A stretch of DNA of 64,000 bases from Ptychomitrium polyphyllum (lineage: Eukaryota): assembly GCA_973851085.1 (NCBI GenBank), contig OZ316775.1, positions 18,538,001 to 18,602,000 of the forward strand, in the 5' to 3' direction. Made by a program: the position numbers and the translations under genes. Under the pieces are notes generated by a model. The model did no database searches, was not told the origin of the DNA, and saw only the letters and a list, made by a program, of their open reading frames with translations. Of this stretch, positions 37,501-51,423 are shown in pieces (position 1 is the first letter of the stretch; each line of letters opens with the position of its first letter).

Positions 37501-40500
37501 TAAGAATGGTCCTTGATGAAGATTCTATAAAAGTTTGTAAATCCAAGAAAACATTGGACATTATGTATCAATTTTGGCCTTGTCCAATTATTGATTGCTT
37601 TAATCTTCTTTGAATCCATCAATAGTCCTTTGTTGGAGGTGATATATTTAAAGAATTCTACTTGAGGCTCGTGCAAGAAATATTTCTCCACCTTGGCATA
37701 CAAACCAACATCTTGTAGCTTTTATAGAACTATGCGGATATATCATTTATATTCCATTGGATTCTTTAAAAAGATCAAGCTATCATCCAAATAGCTCATA
37801 ATAAAATCTTCAAAGTAATTAAAAACATGTCATTCATCAGGTGCTTGGAAAATAGAGGATGCATTGGTAAATCCAAAAGGCATGACGTTGTATTCAAAAT
37901 GTCCATACCTTGTTCAAAATGATGTCTTCCATTTGTTTCCTTTTTTGATGCGTAATAAATTATAGGCTCTTCACAAATCTATTTTGGTATAAATCTTTGT
38001 TTGGCCAAATTAATTAAGAAGCATCGATATTGGAGCAATGGATATTGGTTTATCACCGTCACTTTATTAAGGCCGTACTGTTGTGATGTAAACAATTGTA
38101 TGGTTTGAAATGTAGCAAATTTTTATTATTTTATGAATTTTAGTTTGTTATATTTAGAAGGAAATTTTAGAGGGGGAAAAAAAAATAAAAAATTTGGATT
38201 GTTTCTTTTAATGATGTAGGAAAATAAGGGATTGATGTGAGAAGATAAGGAGTTGATGTAGAAAGATAAGGACTAATGTGGGAAGATAAGGGGCTAATGT
38301 GAGAAGATAAGGGATTGATGTGGGAAGATAAGGGACTGATATGGAAAGATAAGGGGTTGTTGTAGAAGTTTAATTTCCATTTTCCTTTTCTCTTTTTGGC
38401 ATCTTTGACTTAATTTATAAGGTTGTTTTTCTCTGGCTGATGTCTCATAGTATATTTCTTAGTTTGAGCTGAGTTTTATTATTATTATTTTATTTTTTTT
38501 GTAGGATTTTTAGAATGTCATTACACGCTCCATTTAAAGTTAGTATGTGACCAAAGCTATAGTTTGAATGAAGTTAGGTCAGTTGCCTTGGATTTCAAAG
38601 AACAGCTGTTTTTTATGCTTGTAAATTTTTATGTATTTAAAATTTGGTAATAAAAATTTAGAAGGTAGTATTTTAACTCCTTTAAAAATAATATTGTAAA
38701 AAATTGGAGAAAAAAAACTTCTATAGTGGTGGATACAAAAAAATTGTAGTTGGGACTTTGAGAGCTGTATATAGCAATTTTGGGATTCTACATTTTGGAC
38801 CATAAGAGAGGATTGAAGGAGTTTTGAAATTGATATTTTGCAAAATTATTTATTATAGATGAGTAATGTGTGTATAAATTTTCAATTCTAGATTTGTAAT
38901 AGAAAGGAAGTTATAAAGTGGTGAAGTAGAGGAGGTCTACAAGTTGTGGCAAATAGAAAGTAAGAATTTTAAAAGCGTGGTTCTTCCTAGTCATAGCAGG
39001 CATGGCTATGAAAATTTTACCATAGTTGAATAAACATTATAGAAAGACAGGGTCAAAATATCAGGTTCATTAAATTCTTATCATAGAAAACATAAGTAAA
39101 ATTGTAAGCGGATTTTTGAGGGTAGTATGTAGTTATGGTTTGGGTTTGGATTGTAATCTTTACAAAACTTAAAATGCATGATCAAAGAACTCTTTTACTT
39201 AAACAACTAGATAAATATCACTTTGTCAAACTTGTTGAATGATTAATAGCAGCCAGACGCCTAGTGCTTTCTCAAAGCAAGGATCTTTTTTCACAAGAAG
39301 AAATAATTGATATACATTCGTAAAGATCCATCTTTCTTATTTACAAAAAATATTTGAGCACTAGCATGAGACTTTGAATATTGAATGAAGTTCTTGGATA
39401 GATTTTCATCAATAGACTCTTTTAATACAGAAAGCTCATTTTCAAATAAATTATAAATAGGTCCAAAAGTAGTTGGGCGTCGTTTTAGAGGTATATGGCG
39501 TAGCCATAAAAACAATATTTTGGTAGGGTATTTGCGTTCTTCTTTTCAAATACATCGTTGAATTTCTTATACTTTTCTAGAATGATTGAAGATGAAGCCA
39601 TAACTTTGGACAATGAAGTTGCATATACAGCAAAGAAAGCAGCAATCTTTGCTGCTCTCATAAATGCTTTATGTCCAATAAAAAGAAGTTTTATGGTTTT
39701 AAATCTATGAGATGCTTTAGCTTCTTTCTTAGGCTTAGTAATTATAGGTTCTACTATTGAAAATTTTATTTTACAAAATACCCAATCTATCTGCAAGTTG
39801 TACTTTTCAAGGCAAAAAATCCCTGAAATGATAGGCGTTGACATAGATTTTAGGATATTAAATATTACTTGGCTATTATAATTGTCCAATGTTATTGTCA
39901 ATGGATTGATTTCATAAACAACATCTCTGGAAGATAATGGTCGACCACCTATGACTTCTACATGGATGGATTTGGAATTTCAAATAAAAAAAAACTTATG
40001 GATTTTTAAAATTTCTTTGTTAATAAAGCAAACAAAGGCTCTTGAATTTAATAGAATAAGGCTTTTGAGCTTCTGAACACCTAAATAAATAAGTATAATG
40101 AAACAAGCGGAAAGGTGAACTGATAAGGTAGGACCTTTTTTTTAACAAAGCAAGTAAATTCAACGGTACACTCTATATTGTGGCTAAATGTCCTTGTTAT
40201 TTTGCAAAGCATTTGGCGTTGTAGTTGTGACCCCTCATCCAATATGCATGTAGAAGTTTCTTTGGGAAATTATCAACCTTGTGGCTAGCTTTTCTAACCA
40301 AAAAAAAAAAAACTTTTGCTTTCTTTGTTGCTTCTTCTCATTTTTGGTTAGGAACATGAAGCAAACTGCATCAATGCGCATAGCTTCCGCTTCCAAGTAC
40401 TTATTAGAAATAGACATGGCTGAAGCTACTAAAAAATTGGTATTTGGCCAAAGCGTAATCAAAGTTTGTTTATCTTATTGATGTTGAAATAGACAATTAT

Positions 40501-41783
40501 CGCACTTCAAAACTTGACTAATGGCCTCATCAAGTGTTTGGAGGTCTGGCATAGATAGTAATAAAACCTTAACCTTGTTGCATACGCTCCAATGAAATTG
40601 ATTCATCAATGCTTCTTCTCCCTAATTGATGTTACATTCAAGTTGTCAAAATTCCAATGCATTAGTTAGCATAGAACGTGACCTATGGCACAAGGCACAA
40701 ATCTTAATAGTTGCAGATTGAAGCTTGTCATGGTTACCAAATGCTTCTGCAAATGTGACTACAAACGCATCAAAGTTGCTAAATATGGAATAATTATTTT
40801 TAAAAAAGTGGTGCAAATGAGGATAATGCTTATTCTGAGAGCAATATTTCTACCAAACCAATGCGTGAAGCATTTGTAGGATATTGTCAAGGCTAGAGTA
40901 AGGTAACAAATTGAATTTGGTTTACAAAGCCTCAAAATTTTGAATGTATAACGTCAAATTTCTCCGGAAGACTGATTCTTGGTTCTTTGGTGTTGATATT
41001 GAATTTTCGGCTTGAACTTGTTTGTCTTTTACTAAGTCAAGATTAAAAAATGAAGCACTTAAGTTGATTTGAGATAATAAATGCAATGTTTTTGCTCCTT
41101 CACTATTATATATAATCAAAGAAAGTTCTTCATTTTGCTTGAATAAAGTTTTGATTTTAATCCTCAATGCTTCAAGGATATTGATAATGGAATCTAACTT
41201 GGCTCTTTTTAAATCAATCATATTGACTTCTTCACCTTTTGGCATAGAAATGAAATGAAAACAAATAAAAACTATTAAATATGCAAAAAACTAAAGAAAA
41301 TTCAAGAGGCAATATTAGTCCAAAGGAGGGTTATCCGCAACCTCTAAAGTGCTATGGTGCTTTCAAAAAAAAGAATGATTTCTTTCTATCAATAAAAACC
41401 AAGTTCTAATATTGTTGTATGATAGTCTTGACAAATTGTTACGGACATAGCAACGACAAGACAAGACTTCAAAATTCCAAGATGTAGAATAAAATACGTC
41501 CAAAGTATATTAGAAGTAAAGAGGTATAACAAAATACACAGACAAAGTTAAATAATCTGATCTAGACCACAAGAAATGTGTTGTCAAAATTGAAGATCCT
41601 TTCAGCCTCAATTCCTATATATACTAAGAGTACAAGCCTCAGAAGCTTCTACTATATTGCTTTGTACTCAAGCAACCTCAAGTTGCTTCCTTGGAAGCTT
41701 CTTAAGCCAAGGTCACTTCTTTCAAAGCTTCCTAAACCTTTTAAAAACCTTTTTAGATGCTTCTAATATGTTTGTCTATGGCA
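34599..41783 (-). mobile_element. Inner near-full-length degenerate Gypsy chromovirus (LTRs 34599-34926 and 41437-41783)
   Basis: Matching LTRs; gag-pro-RT-RH-INT-chromodomain order on minus (ORFs 40922, 39485, 39291, 37500, 36410, 35925). 5-bp target duplication TCAAG/TTAAG. Confidence 0.85.
38082..39295. mobile_element. Long LTR of another family inserted in the RT region
   Basis: TG..CA ends. Splits the RT motif (..RMYINY / GLNK). Its end CTAGTGCTTTCTCAAAGCAAGG is shared with 46359-46380. Contains ~7 copies of a 21-bp unit (GAGAAGATAAGGGGCTGATGT-like, ~38215-38365). Confidence 0.75.
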
Positions 41784-43007
41784 TTAAGGACATTTATAAT
41801 TGAATCTCATTTGGCTTCATTTGACCTTTTCAATTTATTATTGGCCTACTAGATCTTGTACTAATACTATCAGACTTCTTCTACCAATACTATCTATCTT
41901 CTTGTATTGGTACTACCAAACATCTTCTAATGGTAATTAATGGATGATAGTTATTAGTCTATTGATTTAGATAGTTATTAGTCTATTAATTTAGACAACA
42001 TTATAACAAATGTAGATCCATATTTATAATATCTATAATATAGTAATTAAACCCTCAACCGAGAGAATTGAGGGTGTATTGTATCTTGTATTATTAATCA
42101 AGTTTTATTTCCAAACTAGTAAAATATTTTTCTTCTATAGCTTACTGAATTATAGTTCTTATATATATATTGTTGCAATTATTTTATTTCTTTCAATTCT
42201 TATAAATTATGATGTATTGAAATTTTTTTATTTAATAGTTATTTACCATAACATCTAGATTCTTCCAAGTATTCATCCACTTTTAATTCTTATAAGTTTG
42301 GAACTGCTAGTATTCTTTTGTTTGGTAGTTATCAACCATAACACACCTCATAGCATAAAAATGAAAAATAAATAAATAAACATGGTTAAATTAAGAATAT
42401 TGAAGAAAATTCAAAGGCAATATCAATCTAAGGGAAGATAACCCACAATCTCTAGATTGCTACAATACTTCCAAGAAGAGGAAAAATTCAATTTCTATTA
42501 AAAAAAAATCAATCTTTGATATTATTATATGAAATTTTTGATTAATTATTACAAAAAGAATATAGGCAAGACAAGGCTTTAGAATTCTAAGATATGAAAT
42601 AAGATATTTTTAAGATATATTAGAAGCAAAGATCTATATCAAAAAATAAAGATAAAACTAGGAAGTCTAAACTAGACTACAAGAAATGCGTTGTTAAGAC
42701 TAAAGATTTTTTCACCTTCAACTCTTATATATATTAAAACTACAAGCTTTGGAAACTTCTTGAGAAACTTCCAATACAATGCTTTGTACTCAAACAACCT
42801 TGGATTGCTTCATTAGAAGCTTCATTAGTCAAGGTAATTTAATTAAAAACTTCTTTGGCCAAAGTAATTTTCTTGGCTTGCTTAAACCTTTGGAATACCT
42901 CTCTAAGGGTTTCTAGAATGTTTGTACATGACACCTCAATGGTTTATTTGTCAACCTAAAGCACTCTCTCCATTTTTCTTCATCAATATATTGATGTAAC
43001 GCTGTCT

Positions 43008-44300
43008 TGATGTAATTGATTGTGTAGTTTAAAACTTAAGTAATATTTGTTGTTTGGTGTATTTAGAAAAGAGTATTAGAAAAAAAAAAAATTAGATTAA
43101 AATAAAGATCGTAGTGAAACCACAATTTTTATTTATCTTAGAAGTGGAACCGCATCTTGTCTTAGCTCAGGGTGATTAGACCGATTGACTATAATTTTTT
43201 CTACCTGCTGTTTTTGCTAGCAGTACCAAATCAAGTGTTGTCGTTCTACTCAACAAATTCGACAAGAATCGAACTCGGACCGATTCAGCAGCTAAAACTT
43301 ATCTAGTCAACCAAGTTCATGACTTGGTGTCTAAACCTTTTTCGACAATGGTTTTATTCTTAACTTGTTTCTTGTTGAATTTCAATCTTTTTCCTACTTT
43401 CTTTAAATTTTTTTTGTTTTTTTAGTTTCTATTTTAGACTTATAAAGGTTGATTTTATCTTCTTTGTAGTTGGAACCTAGAAGTTTCAACCAAAAAAAAA
43501 AAAAAAAAAAAAGCAAAAGAAGGGATTTAGATTTGAAGATATGGTTAAATAAGGGTTTGATAAAGGAGATTAGGGGCAGATGTGGAGAGATATAACTGAT
43601 GTGGAGAAATAAGAGGCGGATGTGGCGGTTTGACCACCACCCTCTTCTTCTCTCTCGGCCTCTCCTACTAGAATAAGAAGGCAGCCCTTCTTTAGGTGAG
43701 ATCTCATAGTATACTTTTTAATTTAAGTTGATTTTTGTTGGGTTTTTTTTCTTTCCTTGTAAACTTTCCAAAAAGCCATCACACGCTCCATTTGGAGTTA
43801 ATATGTGGTCGTGGCTTTAGTTTGAAAAGAGTTAAGTTAGTTGCCTTGAGTTTTTGAGGGCAGTTAATTTGAATGTTTGTAACTTCTTGTAGAAACATTT
43901 TTTGTAAGTGAAATTTTTAGAGAAAAGTTCTAATTACTTTGGAAATATGGTGTCAAAATTTAATATGCATTGGACTTCTTGAGCAAAAGATACAAAAACA
44001 AATGTAACCAGGACATAGAAGGCATTGTATAGTAAAGTTTGGGGTTGTACAATTTGGATCATTATAGATGATAGAAGTGTTTTCTAAGGTTTATCTTTCG
44101 ACGAGGTGTTTATTATAAGATATTTATTATGTACAAAAAATTCAAAGTTTGAATTTATCATAAAAGAAGAATCGTGAAGTAGTAAAGTGATAGGGGTATA
44201 GGAGCTATAGTAATGAAGAATGTAAACTTTGAAATTATGGATCTTAAAGGGTACTAAGGATTTGGCAACCAAAATTTATATAGCCTAATAAATGTTTTAA
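43008..44300. mobile_element. Second copy of the long-LTR family (end approximate)
   Basis: Shares the GAAACCGCA..CTTAGCTCA block with 45039-46394 and the CACGCTCCATTTGGAGTTA and TTAGTTGCCTTG blocks with both 38082-39295 and 45039-46394. Confidence 0.6.
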
Positions 44301-45038
44301 GAAGGTTTTTTTAAAATTTTAGGTGCTTTGGATTAGTTTGCTAGAAGTTATGACATATTTAGCATTTGGGATTTTCAAGGCGGCATAGAGAGAAAATTTG
44401 GGGTAGGATATTTGCTTCATTGGGTGTTAGAAATAGAAACTCTTCATGCATCTTGACCTTCATCAATTAAATGCTAAAAAAGACCCTATATTTCCTATAG
44501 CTACCACTCTCACCACGACAATGCATTTGGAAATCTTGTAGCCAACTGCTAGAAAACTTGAAGGTTTCTTCAAAATGAAGGTTTTTAGAAGAAAATCTAG
44601 CTTTTTCCTTGAAAAATTCCATTGTCACATTCACAACCACTTAGTATGCCACAAAATAGTTAAACATGACTTTTTTTATAATTGAATACCGCATCGGCCC
44701 TTGCGTTTGGACTTCAGATTTAGCAAGGAATTACACGGAGTGCTTTAGCATTTTTAGATGGTTGCCTATATAATTTTAATGCCATGGAATTAGAAAATCA
44801 ATTAACAAGCTTGTCATTTATAGACTTTAGATGTGACTTCTCATGACAACAAAAGATTGTTTTTAGCTTGTCAGTGAATGTTGTATACATTTTGCCTTTC
44901 TTGCCCATTGTTTTACATACCAAAATTTCAAACACCATCAAAAATAAGAACAAGGGGTGTTTAAAAATGAAACTAACCATTTTAAAGGGTTCCAAAAGTT
45001 TCTATAGCCCATAATTAAAGGTATACATATTGTTCTAA

Positions 45039-45563
45039 TGTGATTAGTTGTACAATTTAAAATTTAGCTACTATTTATCATTCTATGGATTTTGATTTGA
45101 AAAAAAATCTTTAAAAAAGGAAATAGTTGAATAAAAAGATTCATGATGAAACTACAATTTTATTTGTCTTAGAGGTGAAACCGCAGTTTGTTTTAGCTCA
45201 AGATGAATAAGCCAATTCATAATTTGTATTTTCCTACCTACCATTCTTGCTAACAATATTAAGCCAAGAACTACCATTCTATTCAATGAATTTAACAAAA
45301 ATTAAATTTTGGATTGATTCAATAGCTAGAATTTATCCAGTCAACCAAATTTATAACTTGGTATTAGATCCTGCCTTGACAATAATTTTAATCTTGGTTT
45401 ATTTTTTATTGAATTCTAAATTATTTCCTATTTTTTTTTATTTTACTTTAGTTTTCTTTTCCTAATTTAATTTTGTGAAGGTTGATTTTATCTTCTTTTG
45501 AAATTTAAACCTTTAAATTTCAACCAAAGAAGAAATAATAATATTATTATTTTATTTTTATTT

Positions 45564-45600
<37 letters not shown>

Positions 45601-46394
45601 TGTTATTATTAATGTCAATTTAGATTATGTGAAGACGGAAAGAGATAAAGGCTAATATTGAGAGATAAAGGCTTGATGTGGAAAAACAAGGGCAGATGTG
45701 GTCGTTTAACCAATGCTCACTTTTTTTTTTCTTGGCCTCTTCCACTTGTATAAGGAGGCAGTCATCTTCTCGGTGATAGTTCATAAAACACATCTTAATT
45801 TGAATTGATTTTTATAGGGTTTGTTTTTTTTCTCTTGTAAAATCTTTAAAAAGCCATTTCATGCTCCATTTGGAATTAATACATGACCGTGGTGTTAGTT
45901 TAGATAAAATTGGATTAGGTGCCTTGAATTTTGAGAGCATCTACTTTAAGAGCTTATATCTTTGTGTATAAATGATTTATGATGAAATTTAGAAAGTAAT
46001 ATCTTTAATTTTGAAATTAAAAAAGTGTATAAATAATGGTATAACAATTTGGAGAGTAAAAAACTTCTATAATAGGAGATATAAAATAAAATGTAACTAG
46101 GAATTTGGAAAGCAACACACAACAAAGTTTTAGTAGAACATATTTATTAATAGAAATATTTAGAAGAAGAATTTGAATGTGAGATTTAATGGATTTGTAA
46201 ATTATAAAATAAATAATGTTATATCAAATTTTAAGTCTTAGTTCAAAGTTGTGAGAGTCATATGGAAACTAGAGGTGGTAGAGGTCTAAAATCCATGGCA
46301 GTAAAGATAAATTTGTGCTATGCCATCTTGTTGAGTGATTAATAACAGCCACAAATCTAGTGCTTTCTCAAAGCAAGGCTCTTTTACTATGACA
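45039..46394. mobile_element. Third copy of the long-LTR family
   Basis: TG..CA ends; collinear with 43008-44300 and 38082-39295; contains (TTTTTA)n at ~45550-45600. Confidence 0.7.
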
Positions 46395-47188
46395 ATGTAA
46401 TTGTCATCTTTTTTTAGACTTGACCTTATGCCAAATTCTTAATTTATTTAAAGTTATAACTTCTTTAAAGTTATTGTTAGGCGCTAGTCCCAAGACTAAA
46501 ATTTTAGAAAAATTATACTATATGACAAATTGAAGTTTGTAATATATGTCTTGTAAGTCAAATGAATATACGTTGCAAGTCTTAAGGTGAATTTTGAAAT
46601 CCTTTTTATCATTGTTCATTTGAACAACCTAATGGTGGACAGTTTATGTTTCAATATCACAAAGAGTCAATATGTTTTTTGGACGTTTTTGGGGTGATGG
46701 CCGCCCTCTTTGGACTACTAGTACTTCTGGTTGAGTAGAGTGAAGCTCCAATCAGCTCAAATGACAGGCGGTTGTATATGCCCACCACCCAAGTCAAGGG
46801 ACAAGTAGCGACACATTATTTTACATGACCAAAAGCCTAAGTCTCCATGCCATCCAGACAGCACAGTTAGGAAACCTCCAGCTGTTGCAAACTATGAAGT
46901 AGAACTCAACTTTGAATTCAAATGACAATTCAACGATGCTTCCATTGCATGTTTACAGCTCTGTATGCCAAGAACTTTAAACTCAACTACATCCTAGGGA
47001 GCTCCAACTCTAATATGTATGATTAAAATTTTGGATATAAAACATGCACATGCAATAGCTACTACAATATAACCTGTCTAAAGTTATTATCCCAACATTG
47101 GGCGGTCCCAACATTCAATCTTTCTTTAAAATTATAACCTCTCTAATATTAGGCTGGTACCAAATTTAGTCAGATTATACTTTACCAT

Positions 47189-48176
47189 GAGGACTCAATT
47201 CTTGTACCTCTTCACGAGGACTCAATTCTTGTACCTCTTCACGAGGACTCAATTCTTGTACCTCTTCCTGAAGTTCTGGAGCCGGACATCTCTGGCCGGA
47301 AATCTTTGCAGCTTGGACCCATAGAGTAGGCCTAACTGAAATGGAGATTGACATGAGAAGACAATGGCATATTTGTTAAATTAGTAATTCCAGTTAATTT
47401 TCAGAATGTTAATTTACAATTTTAAGTTGTCATATTCACACTATTTTTAGCTCTTAAAACACTGGGATTGGCCAGCTTAAACAAATATGTCGTCGAGAGT
47501 GCATTTCAATATCTTCTCTGGAACCTCAAGGCTTGTCCCCATATCAGTGGATTAGCAGCCTTGCTGAAAATTCAGCACCTACTTTGGAGCCCGGCTGCCA
47601 ATGATGACCACAGCCACTCTCTTCCCAACACTCGCAGAAACATTACCGATCAATTCAGTCTCGGTCAAGCAATACCCTTTCAATTTGGTTCTGGCTATAT
47701 GCGGCCTGAAGACGATTTGGATCCAGGTGTGGTGTATGACATGGGGCCACGGGATTATGCGAATTACCTGTGTACATCAAACTACTCGGCACAAAATATC
47801 CAGGTTTTCACCTCAAGTCAGAATGAAAGAGTCAATTGTCCGCAATCTCCAATCCGGCTTGGGGACAATCCTTCGATTTCAGAACTTTTCAAGCAACCTC
47901 CATCTTTGTTGCCCACCTCTACCAACACGATAAGGACTGTGATGAATGTCGGAAGTGCACTTACTAGGCTAGAACTGTAGCTCCTTCGGGTGTTCAAATC
48001 ATCATATACCCCGACGTACTAAGGTTCAGCGCCATAAATGAGAAGGAGAGAATCAATGTTCAAGTGAGGACTGCCTGTACTCCCAACTACGCTGTTTATA
48101 TGCAAAGGATTTTGGGTTTCTAGAGTGGGCAGCTGGAGTGCATGTTGTTCAAAGCTCCATTCAAATTATTGTTTAA
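47189..48176 (+). pseudogene. Subtilisin-like serine protease (subtilase) pseudogene, C-terminal half only
   Basis: SSRG(L)N..PEVLEPDI..IFAAW, then FNIFSGTS-[frameshift]-ACPHISGLAALLK..WSPAA..MMTTA, PFQFGSG..DPGVVYD..DYANYLC, RTVMNVG, FGFLEW..HVVQSSI. Several frameshifts, including one at the catalytic GTSM motif. Confidence 0.85.
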
Positions 48177-49160
48177 AAGTTGAATTTGCACCAAACTTCT
48201 TATTTCTGGATTAGTGACATTTACATGTCACTAATCGGTCTGAACAAGTCAAACTTAAGAAATGGTTGGTAGCAAACGTTAGTTACCAATTAAGATACTC
48301 GTCTGAACCTGTATACTCTGATGAAGCATTGCCATTTTCTGGACTACTGCCACTCCAATTCTCAGAGACGGGAAGATTGTATTTGGAGTATGGTCATAAA
48401 AACTGTAATTACAATCTAGAACAAGTGCTAGGGTGGCTCCTCCTTTAGGAATTTATTGTCACTTATAGAACCCAAACTCGAATAGTTATTAGTAGCTTAT
48501 CAAAAATTTATATGAAGCAATTACATGAAGGATTGAGTGTCACTCCATAGAAAAAGAATAAAGTACTTCAATAGCCGTTACATCCCTTCAAGAATGTTTA
48601 AGTCAGCCCAACCACCATATATGCTCTCCTGCACAATTTTGTAAAAATTCCTGCTTCTGGCCACCGAAGTCAATCCTTACTGGGCACATGGCATTGCAGG
48701 GTGTGACTATAACCCGTGTAGGGATTTGAAAAGTTAACCTTCAAACGAACATGCACTAGAGGGACGATCCCCAAGCACTACTGCAGTAACTAGTACAGGG
48801 ACGACACATCTGGGCGACCACGATCCATCTTGAAGATATATCACCTTCACGACATTTGCAATATGAAGCCTTGCAGTGGCATCAATGCTGTAACCTCTTC
48901 GTGTATCAACAATCCGAGCGATACAAGTTACACCTGATGCAACTAAATATATTCGACTAAAGAAGAGCGATGAAGGGAAGAAACGAAAGACAAGCGCCTT
49001 TCCTTCTCCAACATGCAAAATCATCATTTAATAAAAGAATCACTGTTTACAAGCTGAGCAAAACGGGGCACCACGATGGGGTACCAAAAGTAAGCTACAA
49101 GATAAGATTCCTAGGGTATGGAATCCTGGTACAGATTCTGATAAATAATGGCATAGGATC

Positions 49161-51423
49161 CTAGGGCATGCCGACCTGGTAAGGATTCTGGTACATCATA
49201 GGCGTAGGAGCAGGCATACCAGCGTAAGGATTGTTGAATAGCTTCTGGAATCCAGCTTCACCTCGCATACCTTCCATTTGATATCGTTGCCACATCATCT
49301 GTTCCTGAGTCAACAACTCTCGCTTCGTAGCCAGATCTGCCATCTGCACATACGCAGGAGGAGGCACCACGGCGGAAGCAGCAAAGGGATCCTCTCCATT
49401 CACTGCTAGTGGCATTCCACCAGGTGGAGCAGGTAATGCCAGGAAAGCACTAGCAGGTCGGTTCGGAATAGCCACACTGCTTGCACTTCCTACCGGAGCA
49501 GCAGAAACAGCCTGCTTCTGCAGAACCTCACCCTGGCTGTACATACTGTCCAAGAGTAGATGATCGAAACCACCTGCCAACGGTTTGTTGGGAGGCATTG
49601 GCTTCGATATGTTAGTCACAGACGACACTAAAGCCAGCTCCCAACCAGCTTTACCTTCCGAGGCATTGGCAAGCTGGAGAGCATTTTGCTGATCTTCCGG
49701 CGAATTAAAAGACTCCCAGGTGCTGGTTGTCGTTGAAGTTGAAGTGGAAAAGAGTGCCAGTGCAAGTCTATCGCTATGATCATCAGCCGAAATTGTTGCC
49801 TTATCAAGGTCTAGTAAATCTGCAACAAGTCGAGAGTTCGTGACGTAAGTATGAAACACTAAGACATGATCGAAATGAGAGTAACAAATTAAAAATCAGA
49901 CGAGAAGGTTCACGTTAGGGGGTTGAATACTACCTCCTTGGGTTTGTGGAGTTGGAGCAGGCTCTGGTTCGACAACAGCAGGAGCCGGTGCAGGTTCCGG
50001 AGCTGGTGCAGGCTCAGGTGTAAAGGACCGAGGTTCAGGCTCCGGTTCTCGCTCGGGTGTCTCTGGCCTGTACTCGATCTGCAAAGGCTCAGGCTCAGGG
50101 CTTTTACTATTGTTGCGGTTGGGTGCATTCGACCTCAAGTAATCCTCCAAATTGTCCAACTGCTCCTGTGGGACTGGCTCGATCTCAATGTACTCAGAGG
50201 ACCGACCAACTCCTTGATGCTTGCACAATTTGAAAAAATCATGCAACTGATCACCTTGCTTGGAATATGTGTAGTAGATTTCAAATGCTTTGACTCTATC
50301 TTTCTGATCCATGTCGAAAAAAGCCTCGAGAAGAACAGCACAACCGTCAGAGACATCTTTGTGGAGCTGGATGCTTTCCTTGATGACAGGGTATAGCGCA
50401 TGATGCACCAAGCGGTTGTTCTTCGCCACACCTGCGGGTCGGCAGTTTATCACCCGTTCCATCAATCTCTGCATAGCAGGCATTTTCTCCAGAAGCTGCT
50501 TGACGGTCATTTCCTTGATGGGCACATTTTCATCATCGTCTTCCTTGTCGTCAGACCTGTATCGAAAGCCCCAGATGAAACATTTTCAGCACACATGCAA
50601 ACCCTAACCTCAACTTCAAAATAAAAGAAAATGCCCACTATGTCAAAATTTAGTGCAACAAAAGAAGGGAGAATGCATACCTGTTGTAATTTTTATCGTC
50701 CCAATCATCTCTGCGGCGAGACCTGTCCCCATACCGTGGCGACAGCCCGCCGTCGTAATTGCTGTGCCGATGGTCATCACTATATGCATAGCCACGAGAA
50801 TCAGGGGAGCGAGCGCGACCCCGACCTGACGCACCCGGTAAGTCTCTGTAAGTTGTCGTCCTCACAGGAGATCTGCTGTATGCAGATCTTCCCTTATACC
50901 CGCCTCTGTCGCCTCTATTCCGTCGGGGTTTGCTCTTGCCTGTGAATTGTACTGAACAATCTAATCGGTCGTTGAGGTAAAAACCATAAGTGCGAACATA
51001 AGTGGAGTAATCCCACGCATTTGAATGTGTTTCATCCTTAAAGTCTGAGAGGTTGAGGATGCGCCGACCATGTCGAGAGGCATGGTTCAACTCGTCTTCG
51101 AAGCTAGGGTCACCATCACGGAGAAGACGGTGCGTGAGCATCAGGCTCTTCAAGGCCACATGCCAGTCGCGTGTCTTGTACAACCTCTTAGACAGGCTGG
51201 TGACGCATGCATTCACGTAGCCACGGGAGTATGCCGTAAGGTGCAGAATTTCTTGAACATGTTTCTCGTCGAAAAAATCGTCATGGCTCGTTGCCTTCAC
51301 AAGAGCAACGTCGAGGTCCGGTGCTTTCGTACCACTTACCCCTACTTTCGCAATACTGATGCTAGTCTGGTCTTTCAGACCGCCTATTGCCTTCCTAATC
51401 TTCTTAGGTGCGATTGCCTGCAT
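49161..51423 (-). CDS. ANTH-domain clathrin assembly protein (AP180/PICALM-like), 3 coding exons: 51423-50681, 50556-49934, 49819-49161
   Basis: KKIRKAIGGLKDQTSISIAKV..DLDVALVKATSHD..DWHVALKSLMLTHRLL (ANTH), DLLDL, GWELALV, GGFDHLLLDSMY, DPFAAS..PPPAYVQM. GT-AG introns join the three ORFs in frame. Confidence 0.92.

Larger units (their letters stand above)
26845..42933 (-). mobile_element. Outer degenerate chromodomain-bearing Ty3/Gypsy element (LTRs ~26845-27201 and ~42548-42933), interrupted by nested insertions
   Basis: LTR pair with shared diagnostic blocks. Purine tract next to the 3' LTR. Minus-strand fragments of chromodomain (FEVEEVLD..KLEYLVHW..TWE, 27816), integrase (28542), RT/RNaseH (30217) and gag (31400-32330, 34300-34598). 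Confidence 0.8.
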
